From the NCBI GenBank assembly GCA_963824995.1, contig CAWGRK010000002.1, positions 62,001-126,000 of the forward strand: a DNA stretch of 64,000 nucleotides. The letters run 5' to 3'. The stretch is from an uncultured Actinomycetes bacterium (GTDB lineage: Bacteria > Actinomycetota > Acidimicrobiia > Spongiisociales > DATADW01). The notes below the pieces were generated by a model, which did not search any database, was not told where the DNA came from, and saw nothing but the letters and a program-made list of their open reading frames with translations. This document shows positions 54,617 to 64,000 of the stretch, piece after piece; the first letter of the stretch is position 1; every line of letters starts with the position of its first letter. The translations under genes and the position numbers were made by a program.

Positions 54617-54891
54617 GGACGGAGTTCGGTTTGGCCAGGCTTCGCAGGTTCGAACAGCATCGGTTCGTGGGCGCCAGGGACACGATGCTGGTCTACGACT
54701 GCGACGACGACGATGACGCCTCGATCCTCGAAGGCTCGGGTGGTCGAGGACGATCTGCTGAGGACGGTGTCTGCTCTCCTCCTTCGCCCCCGACACGCTG
54801 GTCGAAGCGGAGAACCGCGGGTTCCGGCCCACGCCCCGCCCCGCCACGGTCGAACCCGACCTCTCCTGAGCCTCTATCCGGTCCCGCTTAG
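54613..54891 (+). CDS. Small hypothetical protein (frameshifted)
   Basis: RFEQHRFVG...VYDCD, then PDTLVEAENRGF in the adjacent frame. Confidence 0.5.
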   Translation: MRTEFGLARLRRFEQHRFVGARDTMLVYDCDDDDDASILEGSGGRGRSAEDGVCSPPSPPTRWSKRRTAGSGPRPAPPRSNPTSPEPLSGPA

Positions 54892-54900
54892 GCTCAGTAC

Positions 54901-55775
54901 GTGACCCGGTTCATCGACGTCCACGTCCACCCGCCGGTGCCCGCCTTTCTCGAAGGCGCCTTTGCGCCGTTTCGCGACCAATTGGAAGGCTATTTCGGTC
55001 GTCCTTTCCCGGTCATGAGCGGCGACGAGGTGGCGGCGTACTACAGGGAAAGGGACGGGCGAGCGGTCCTGCTCGGATGGGACGCCCAGACTGCAACGCG
55101 GCGCCCCCCTTTCAGAAACACCGAGGTGGCGGAGTTGGTGGATGCCAACCCAGACGTGTTCCTCGGGTTTGGCAGCGTCGATCCCCACAAGGGATCGGCA
55201 GCGCTGGCGACGGTGCACGAAGCGGCCCGGCTCGGTCTCCTGGGACTCAAACTGCACCCACCCGCGCAGCGCTTCAATCCGACTGAACGCCGCTTCTTCC
55301 CGGTTTGGGAGGCGGCGCAGGGCCACGGGCTCGTCGTGCTGTTCCACACCGGGACCACGGGTCTCGGGGCCGGCGTCCCCGGCGGATCGGGAATCAGATT
55401 GGGGAACGCCAATCCGATGTACCTCGACGAGATCGCCGCCGAATTCCCCGGTCTGACCATCATCATGGCCCATCCCTCGTGGCCCTGGCAGGACGAGGCG
55501 CTCGCAGTCGCCCGTCACAAGACAAACGTCTTTCTCGAGTTGTCAGGGTGGTCGCCCCGGCTCTTCCCGCCGCAACTCGTCGAGGCGGTGCGCGGTCCTC
55601 TTGCAGATCGGACGCTGTTCGGGAGCGACTACCCGTTCCTCACTCCGGACAAGTGGCTGGGTGACTGGGAGCAACTCGAGATGCCCGACGATGTGACACG
55701 GGCCGTGCTCCACGACAACGCCGCCCGGATCTTCGGATTGGATGCGGTCACCTCGCGGGAGCGCCGAGACGATGC
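54901..55775 (+). CDS. Amidohydrolase family 2 protein (stop obscured by indel)
   Basis: IDVHVH, GLKLHP, FHTG, MAHPSWPW, FGSDYP. Confidence 0.9.
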
Positions 55776-56142
55776 CCACGCTGTTCTCGGTCGAGGAGGC
55801 TCGGACACTGCTACCCGAGGCACGTACGCGAGAGCCGGTCGCATAGCCGCCGGCCTGGCCGAGGTGCGGGCGGGCACGACCTCCTGGCCGAGGTGGCCGG
55901 GGGAAATGGACACGACCCGGCGACGCTCGAGGACACACTCTCGGTCAGGGCGGATCTCGAGTGGTTCCGCCGCCAGGGGATCGAGATCAAAGGATTCGAG
56001 CCGCTTGCTGATCGACTTCCCTCACCGGGCCGGCGATCGTGTGGTGCTCCTCTGCTGGCAGTAGGGCGAGGACGACATCGAGTGGTGGCATGACGTCGAC
56101 ACGGGCTATGCCGGCCGCCGTCCTCTGAACGAACTCGGCTGA
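55772..56142 (+). CDS. DUF2203-like protein (frameshifts and an in-frame TAG at 56062)
   Basis: FSVEEARTLLP; LIDFP; LCWQ*GE..IEWWH...GYAGRRPL. Confidence 0.75.
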
Positions 56143-56145
56143 ATC

Positions 56146-57263
56146 ATGCCGCATCGGGTGCTGGTGCTCATCACCTCCGATCAGCGGCGCGGGGCCGAGG
56201 TCTTCGGTAGCCAACTCGCCGGCGGTCTCGGGGCGCGGGGTTGGGAGACCGATCTGGTGGCGCTTTCATCGGCGCCGGCATCTTCTGGAGACGGGGCCAC
56301 GGTGGATGCGGAGGTCGTGGGCGACCGGGAGCGTGCCCGATTGGGTCGACTCAGCCGAGACGTGGTGATGCCGCTGCGTCGCCGGATCGATCGAGTTCCG
56401 ACCCGACATCGTATTCGCCAACGGCGGCGCCACGTTGCGCTACGCCATCGCCGCCACCCGTTTGCGCCGTCGTCGCCCACTTCTCGTCTACGGGAGCATC
56501 GGGGAGCCGGCGCACTGGGCCCGCACGCCGCTATCGCGCCGTCTCCTCTCCGTCCAGCTCCGCATGACGGATTTCGTCACCGCCGTCTCCGCCGCCACCC
56601 GCGACCAGTTGCTGGGACTCGGTGTGCCTCCGGAGCGAATCGAGGTGTCACCCATCGGTGCCACGCCGATCACCACCCGAGGTCAGCCAGGACGATGACC
56701 ACCCCGAGCTTCGGGTGCTGTTTCTGGGGAGCCTCACGCACCGAGAAGGACCCACTGGCGGCCCTGGAGACAGTGGAGCGGGCGGGTCGTTCTGTCCCGG
56801 TCCGGATGCGTGTGGTCGGGGGCGGCGCCCAGGAGAGGATACTCGGCGAGGAGGTGGAGCGGCGCGGTCTCGGGGCCGGAACGGTCGAGTTGGTCGGCGT
56901 TGTTGCCGATGTTCTCCCGCACCTGGAGTGGGCCGACGTGCTGATACTCACCTCGGCCACCGAGGGACTACCCGGGGCGGTACTCGAGGCGGCCTTCGCC
57001 GGGGTGCCGACCGTCGGGTTCGATGTCGGAGGAGTGAGCGAGGCCGTGATCGACGGAAGCACCGGGCGACTGGTTACCAGGGGCGACATCGATGCACTTT
57101 CGGCGGTCCTGGTCGAGATGGCCACCGACCGGACCGGACCCGGTCCATGGGCGAGGAGGCGCGCCGGGTTGCACTCGCCCGGTTCACCCTCGACGCGGCG
57201 GTCGATCGCTTCGCCACCGTCTTCAACCGTTTGCTGACACCGGACCAGGATGGTCCGGCATGA
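56146..57263 (+). CDS. GT-B glycosyltransferase, family 4 (frameshifts)
   Basis: RGAEV; SATEGLPGAVLEA; DVGGVSE. Confidence 0.88.
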
Positions 57264-59025
57264 GGGTGGCTCACCTCACGACGGTGGACATGAGCCTCCG
57301 CTTCCTGGTGCTTCCCCAACTCCGGTCAGTCGTGGATCTCGGGGGCGAGGCATACGGGATCTCGGCCGAGGGGCCGTTCGTCGACGAGATAGTCGCCGCC
57401 GGTGTCCGTTTCGTCCCTTTGGAGGGCTCGACGAGGGGGTGGAGCCTTGGCGACGATCTGCGCGCCGCCAGGGCGCTGTGGGCCATCCTCCGCAGGATCC
57501 GCTCCCGACGTGCTCCACACGCACAATCCAAAACCGGGGGTGTACGGGCGGATCGTCGGGCGGCTCGCCGGCGTACCGCTCGTGGTCAACACCGTCCACG
57601 GCCTGTACGCCACCGAGGAGGACCGGCCCAGCAAGCGGCTCGTGGTCTACCTGTTGGAAGCCATCGCCTCGCGTTGCTCCGACGCCGAGTTGGTCCAGAA
57701 CCCCGAGGATCTCGCCCTGCTCACCAAGTGGCACATCTCGGCCCCGAAGAAGACCGGCCTTCTCGGCAACGGAGTGGATCTGGAGCGGTTCAACCCGGAG
57801 AGGTTCGACTCCGAGGAGCGAGCCCGGATCAGGAGCGAGATCGGTGCCGGTCCCAGACGACGTCGTCGTTGGTGTCGTGGGGAGGCTGGTGGCAGAGAAG
57901 GGTTACCCCGAGCTGTTCGAGGCAGCCGAGGGGCTTGGGTGACGGATACCTGGTGCTCGCTATCGGCCCCGACGAACCGGACAAGCCCGATGCGCTCCCC
58001 CGTGAGATGGTTGCCGCCGCCGAGGCGACCGGGCGTCCGTTTCCTCGGGATGCGCGACGACGTCGATCGGCTCTACGCCGCTATGGACATCTTCGTGCTC
58101 CCGTCGCACCGCGAGGGCTTCCCCCGCTCGGCCATGGAGGCGGCGGCGACCGGGCTCCCCGTGGTGGCCACCGACATCAGAGGGTGCCGCCAGGTGGTGG
58201 CCGACGGTGAGACCGGTCTCCTCGTTCCGGTCGAGGATCCGGAGGCACTTCGCGCAGCCATCATCGCCATCGGCGAGAGCGGCGACCGGCGGCGACGAGA
58301 TGGGTGTCGAGGCGCGCCGCAAGGCAGAGGCCGAGTTCGACGAGCGGCGGGTCGTCCAGATCGTCCTCGACACCTACCGGCGCGCCGGGCGAAGCAAGGG
58401 TCTGGCCCGGTTGCTCCCCGAGGCGACGCCCGGTTCACCTCCGCCGATCCGCCCGGCCACGGCCCGAGGACGCTCCGGTTGTCGCCGGTCTCCATGCCGA
58501 GATAGCCACCGGGTTCCTTACCCACGCTCGGGCGAGGATTCCTGCGCCGCCTCTACAGGGCGCTGATCGAATGGCCCGGCGCCGACGTGCTCGTGGCCGA
58601 GGACCAAGCAGGACCCGTGGGTTTCGTCGCCGCCACGGTGACACGCTCGGCCTTCTACCGGTTACTTCCTCAGACGTCATGGTCTGTTCGCCGCGTTCGC
58701 CGCTCTGCCCCGGCTGGTGCGGCCATCGGTGATGCGGCGGGCGCTGGAGACTCTCCGCTATGGGGGTGGAGACTCGAGCACCGTCCCCGCCGAGCTTCTC
58801 GCCGTGGCGGTGAGCGCCGAGGTCAGGGGGAGGGGGGTCGGCGGCCGGCTGCTCGCCGAGATGGAGTCGTGCTACCGCCGCCGCCGGCTCCCATCGGTCC
58901 GCGTCGTGGTCGGTGCCGACAACACGGCGTCGCTCGCCCTGTTCCGCTCGGCCGGGTTCGTGGACGCAGACGAGGTGGCGGTCCATGCCGGGGAACCGTC
59001 GGTGGAACTGGTGTGGTCGGAGTAG
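57260..59025 (+). CDS. GT4 glycosyltransferase apparently fused to a C-terminal GNAT domain (frameshifts)
   Basis: HTHNPKPG, GNGVD, PSHREGFPRSAMEA; then IRPAT, ELLAVAVSAEVRGRGVG, NTASLALFRSAGF. Confidence 0.8.
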
Positions 59026-60091
59026 TCATTGCCTTTGCGGTGGCCCTGGCCTGGTGCGTCCTCTCGCTCTGGCTAGGACCGGCGCTCGGTTTCGTAGACC
59101 GGCCGGACGACGTTCTCAAGACGCATCGCACACCGGCAGTGCCTCTCGGCGGAGTGGGTGTCTTTCTAGGGGTGCTGGCCGGCTCGGTGGTGGAAGGGTT
59201 CATCTCGCCGTGGCTGGCGGTGGCGATGGCGATCCTGCTGGTACTCGGGTTGGTCGACGACCGGGCCGGGCTCGACCCACGTGTTCGGCTCCTGGTGGAG
59301 GCGGTGGCAGGCGTGGTGCTGGCGCTCGGCGCCGTCCCCGGCGGCTTTGGGCCCGTCGAGCGGGTGGTGGTGGTGATCCTGGTGGTGGCGGCGGTGAATG
59401 CGGTCAACCTGTTCGACGGGCTCGACGGGTTGCTCGGCTCGGTCGCATTGGTGACCGGGGTGGCGCTCTTCGTGCATGGGATCGATGCGGGAGGTTGGTG
59501 CCGTCGTACCGCTGTTGCTTGCAGCTACCTGCGCCGGGGTGCTCGTTCTCAATTGGCACCCGGCACGTGTCTTCTTCGGCGACAACGGCGCCTACGTCGT
59601 TGGCCTCGTCCTCGTATACGGGATGGCGACGGTTTCCGCAGGTGACGAGAGCGCACCTCGGCTGACGGTGGCGGCGTTCCTCCTCGGGGTCCCCGCCTTC
59701 GACCTCATCGTGGCCTTGCTGCGGCGACGGCTGTCGGGAGCACGGTTGTTCATCGGCGACCGCAGCCACCTCTACGACCAACTCCACGATCGAGGGATGA
59801 CCATCCGCAGGGTGGCGCTGCTCGCCGCAGCCGCCCAGGTGGTGTGGGCCGGCGATGGTCATCGGTGTGGACGCCACGATGGAGGGCTGGTCGGCGGTGG
59901 CGGTGCTCGCCGTCCTAGCCGTCGGTGTGCTGGCCGGGCTGGCAGCTCTCGGCTTTGTCCGCCCCCGGCTCGTCGGCTGGCAGAAAACGGATTCTCAGAC
60001 CGGGGCGGGCAGCGACTCGGGCCGGGCTCGCCCGACATCGGGCAACTCTGGCATTACGGCACGTCGGTTTGTTCCTCACCGGGCGCGGTGA
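59013..60091 (+). CDS. MraY/WecA-family polyprenyl-phosphate sugar-1-phosphate transferase (frameshifts; end approximate)
   Basis: GLVDD, NAVNLFDGLDG, FFGDNG, DRSHLY. Confidence 0.88.
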
Positions 60092-61357
60092 TCTCGCCCC
60101 AGCCGGCGCCGATCAGCCATGCGATGAGGAACGGCATCAGCTGGCTGCGCTGCCGGGCGAGGATGCCCAGGTTGAGGAACGGGCTGAACACGATGATGAA
60201 CCCAAAGGTGTATGCGGCCGACATGAGCAGGATCGGTTTGTGTCGCATCCGGAAGAGGTTGCGCCCCAGCGTCGGAAGTCGCCAGATGAACACCAGCAGC
60301 AGGATGGTGCCCTCGACTCCGCTGGCGAGCTGGGCGCCCGACGCCTCGTAGATCAGGGGCCGGAAGAGGACCCGCAGGGTCGCCTCGGGGAGGTCTTGAG
60401 GCCCACGCACCGCAGAACCCTCGACCGAGGAGCCTCCGGTGTCGGTCTGGGACTCGGCGGTCGAGGCGAGCTCCTCGAGACCCTCCTCGGACAGGTCGAG
60501 CCGGAGGGTCGTGGTGAGCGCCCAGGCGGCGCCACCCATCAACCCGATGGCGAGCACCAGCGACACCGTCGCCCTCCCCAGCGAGAGCTTCTTGCCGGAG
60601 CGTCGGTTGAAGAGGAGACCGACCACGAAGGCACCGACGATGAGGGCGGCGACGTGCGCCCTGATCAAAGCCAGCATCGTGAGGGCGGTCAGCGCCAGCA
60701 CCATCGGCCCCAGAGTCAGTCGTCGGTAGAGCTTGCTCAGACCGAAGGTCGCCAGCCCGATCCCGAACACCATGAGGGCGTCCTTACCGACGCTCGACGG
60801 CCAGAAGACCATCGTGGGAAGGAAGAAGATGCCGAGTCCGAGCCAGAAACGTCGCTGGCGGGGGACCACGTCGCGCACCGCCAGTAGAAGAGCAGCTGTC
60901 CGGCGAAGCAGATGATCGAGAAGATGATGAACCCGCCCAGCAGCGTCTCGGGGCTGTACATGGTGTACACCCCGGCGGTGATCAGCCTGGTGACGATTGT
61001 CCCGAAACCGACCCGGACACCCGAGGTGTCGGGATCGCCAGGGACCGGAGAGTGGCGGCGTAGTCGAGCCCGGCGTTGTGGTAGCCGACCGAGTCGCCGA
61101 CCCCACCGTAGAGCAACTGGCAGCACCAGATAGCGGGCCCCGGCACCGACGATCTTGGCCAGATAGGCGGCGGGCAGCAGCAGGGGGAGCACGTGGGCAT
61201 CGTCATCGTCGGCCAGCTTCTGACCCATCCAGGCGAAGAGCGGGAGGAAGAGGATGCTGATGATCAGGACCTCGGCGGCAACGCCGAAGCCGAGCGCTAC
61301 GCCGACGGCAGCGGCCAGCACCGCAGCGAAACCGATCCAGAGCCATTCCTGCTTCAT
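60054..61357 (-). CDS. Polytopic membrane protein, possible Wzy-like polymerase (frameshifts)
   Basis: Many TM segments; FWPSSVGKDA, FRPL, NLGILARQR; polysaccharide context. Confidence 0.65.
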
Positions 61358-62336
61358 CGCCCGTGGCTCACAGTAACTCCAGGTCGCCCATAGCCAGGTC
61401 CCAGGTATGCGGGAGCGGTGACGTCCACGGACAAGGCGCGCAGCGGGCGGGCGACAAGCGTCAGCGCGGTGATCCTGGGCACCGGGATCAACCCGGCTGC
61501 GATTGCGGCGGAGCGCTCGGGGCTTCCTTTGGAGAACCAGCCCACCATGTAATCGGCTCGGGATCGGCGGGTCGTCTCCCGGGCGGCGGCGCCGGATCCG
61601 GGTCCGATCAACTCGGAGAGCACCAGCTCGCGGCGACCACGTCTCAGGTTGGGTCGCACCACCGGCGAGCCCTCCGGCCGATGTCACGAGGGCATACCGG
61701 GCCGTGGGGTGGGCGGTGAAGCGCCACCGCAGGTACTCGGCGGTGCGCGGGGTTCGCAGCCCGCGGGGCGGGCGGAGGGTGACCGGTGGGAATTCCTCGA
61801 GCGGCTCGCTCCCGGGTACCAGGTCTTGGGTCTCGGGGATGCCACCGGCTTGGCGTTCGCAGCATCCCGATCCCGGGGCGGACCATCACACCGATCGGCC
61901 CGACCTCCTGCCAACCCATCTTCAGGTAGCCGGCGCCTGACTTCTCGTTTGGGGTGTTGAAGACGAGGTCAACGCCATCGTCCCTCGCCGCCTCGACCGC
62001 GGCCTCGGTGAGCCTGCTGAAGATGCCGCGCCGCTGGAAGTCGGGGTGGGTGGCGGTGTCCACCGCCCGAACACAGCGGAGCGATCTCCCCTCCCGGCGT
62101 GGTCAGCTCCCAGCGCATGAAGGCACGAAGCCCGGCGATGGTTCCCTCCGCCTCGGCAACGAGGATGATGGATCGGCCGAACGGGTTGTCGATGTGCTTC
62201 CAGGCAAACAACTCGGGTGTCCGTCTGGAGGAGAGAGGTCTCGCCGAGAGACGAGCGAAGCAGATCCGAGGACCTCGTCGAGATCGTCGTCCTGGAACGG
62301 GCGGATGGTGATGGTCTCGTTCACCTCGCTCACCAC
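61354..62336 (-). CDS. GNAT-family acetyltransferase (frameshifts)
   Basis: WKHIDNPFG; VDTATHPDFQRRGIF; NTPNEKSGAGYLKMGW. Confidence 0.85.
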
Positions 62337-63434
62337 CCGAGTACCCGGCGGTAGACGTCTTCCACTTCGTTGACCATGGTGGCGAGGCCGTGGTTCGCTC
62401 GACGAGGGCGCGCCCCGCCTTACCCATGGAAGCGGCCGTCTCGCGGATCATCGAGCAGCTGGCTGACCGCGTCCGCCAGCGCCGCGGGATCGCCGGCGGG
62501 CACCAGCAAACCCGGTCTCGCCGGGCCGGACCACGGAGGGAACCCCGCCAACGTATGTGGCAGCCACCGGCCGAGCGAGGGCGAGCGCCTCGAGTAGCTG
62601 CGACTGGGAGACCCTCTTGATCCGAGGGGTTGACCACGACGTCTGCGGCCGCGATGAAGGACGAGCGCATCGCCACGACGTCCCAGGAAGCGCACCCGAT
62701 CGACAAGGTCCGCACTCGACGGCGGCCGCCTCGAGGGCAGCCAGGTCGCCGGGGTACTTCTCACCGCCGACCGAGACGATCGTGGCGTTCGGGTGGCGGG
62801 CGAAGCACCGGCCCCGGCCGCTGCGAGCAGGTTGCGGTGTCCTTTGTGCGGTCTGATGTTCCCGACGTGGACGACCAACGGGTCAGCGCGGCTCAACCCG
62901 AGCTCGGAGCGAACCGCATCGGTTTCCGACTCCGACACGGCCACCGACACACCGTTGGGGATGACCTGAACCTCCGTCCCGTATCCGGCCAGGCTCTCGG
63001 CTACGGCATCGGAGACGGCGATCGTCGCCCGATTGCGCCGGTAGGTGAGCCGGTTGAGTGTGCGGGTGGGCTCACGGTAGGAGTGGGCAACGTTGTGCTC
63101 GGTGTACACGACGGGGACCGGAGACACCGCTCGTCGCCATGATCCCCGTGCTGGGAAGGTGGGCATGGACCAGGTCGATCCCACCGTCCCTGATCAGCCG
63201 GCGCAGCCGAGCCGGAGTGGTGGGGGACGTTCCCCGCGACCCACCGATGCAGGTCACGTCGACGTCGTGAGCCCGCAGCGCCGGGACCAACTGGTCCTTC
63301 CACGGGAGCACGTAGGCCACCGAATAGTGAAAGGACCGGCGGTCCCAGAACCCGGCGGACTCGGCGATCAGTCTCTCGGCGCCACCAATCCCCAGGCCCT
63401 TGATGAGAACGAGGACCCGGGCCCGGGCGGTCAT
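62330..63434 (-). CDS. GT4 glycosyltransferase (frameshifts)
   Basis: GIGGAERL, VHAH, YTEHN, IPNGV, PSDQEGLP. Confidence 0.88.
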
Positions 63435-63468
63435 CGGGCCCTCCGGCCCGCCCGGGGGGTCGGCATCC

Positions 63469-64000
63469 TCAGCCCTCGTCGATCAGATGGCGCAGGCCCT
63501 CCTCGAACGGCATCTCGGCGCGCCATCCGAGGACGTCGGCGATCCTCTGCGACGAGACCAGGGCGGATGGCACGTCGCCCGGCCGCGGCTCACCAAAGGT
63601 GAGCTCGGTGGGGATGCGCTCCACCACCATCTCTGCAAGCTGCTTGATCGACACCGTCTCGTCGGCGACCGTGTTGAACACTTGGCCGCTCACATCGGAC
63701 CGCGCCGCCGTCTCGAAGGCGCGTGCGATGTCAGAGGAGTGGGTGAATTGGCGACCCTGCGATCCACCACCCTGGATGGTGATGGGCTCACCGCGCCGCG
63801 CCCGGTCGATGAAGATACGGAACACCGAGTTGGGACGCAGCCCAGGCCCGTATGCGGTCCCCAGTCGCAGGGCGACCGTTGACAAACCCCGCAGATGGGC
63901 GGCGGAGATCAGGATCCTCTCCCCGCCCAGCTTGGTGATGCTGTAGGGATGGTCCGGCTCGGTGGGGTGGTTCTCGTCGACCGGCTCGTACTGGGGCTCC
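63469..64000 (-). CDS. NAD-dependent epimerase/dehydratase (C-terminal part; runs off the window)
   Basis: HPYSITK (YxxxK), LRLGTAYGP, GSQGRQF, RPGDV. Confidence 0.85.
   Translation of the reverse strand, partial: EPQYEPVDENHPTEPDHPYSITKLGGERILISAAHLRGLSTVALRLGTAYGPGLRPNSVFRIFIDRARRGEPITIQGGGSQGRQFTHSSDIARAFETAARSDVSGQVFNTVADETVSIKQLAEMVVERIPTELTFGEPRPGDVPSALVSSQRIADVLGWRAEMPFEEGLRHLIDEG

Noticed and set aside
54901..56064. Amidohydrolase-DUF2203 fusion (387-aa ORF)
   Set aside because: The DUF2203-like N-terminus (MPTLFSVEEA) starts in another frame at 55772, so the read-through is explained by indels.
1592..63434. About 40 frameshifted genes read as mass pseudogenisation or programmed frameshifting
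   Set aside because: The breaks are single-base indels scattered through housekeeping genes with intact motifs, almost no nonsense codons and no common slippery site. This fits long-read consensus error.
1..64000. tRNA, rRNA, integrase, prophage or defence island
   Set aside because: None was recognisable by eye; tRNAscan-SE and Infernal were not run.

Overview
A 64-kb stretch of a high-GC bacterial chromosome. Gene content (WS/DGAT, LLM oxidoreductases, acyl-CoA dehydrogenases, Suf genes with a Rieske ferredoxin, leaderless TANNNT promoters) points to Actinomycetota, probably Acidimicrobiia-like; this is inference. About 40 CDSs, including gltB, fumC and sufCDSU, are broken by single-base indels. 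This is best explained by uncorrected long-read errors, so I stitched genes across frames and many coordinates are approximate. Content: NYN/LOTUS protein, amino-acid oxidase plus cyclodeaminase, transporters, gltB, Suf genes scattered over three units with two sufC paralogs, a sigma-70 factor, two OmpR-type two-component systems, fumC, lipid catabolism genes and two convergent polysaccharide operons. No rRNA, tRNA, CRISPR or transposase was recognised. Best signals: (1) a four-helix-bundle (23S-IVS/Avd-like) gene bracketed by a 31-bp inverted repeat made of AGTACTT heptamers, belonging to a window-wide set of polarised 7-bp arrays at gene 3' ends; (2) a shared palindrome CACTAC-N4-RTRGTG in front of all three Suf units; (3) an apparent glycosyltransferase-GNAT fusion; (4) a candidate OmpR regulon of secreted proteins sharing an uncharacterised 'VRVEF' domain.
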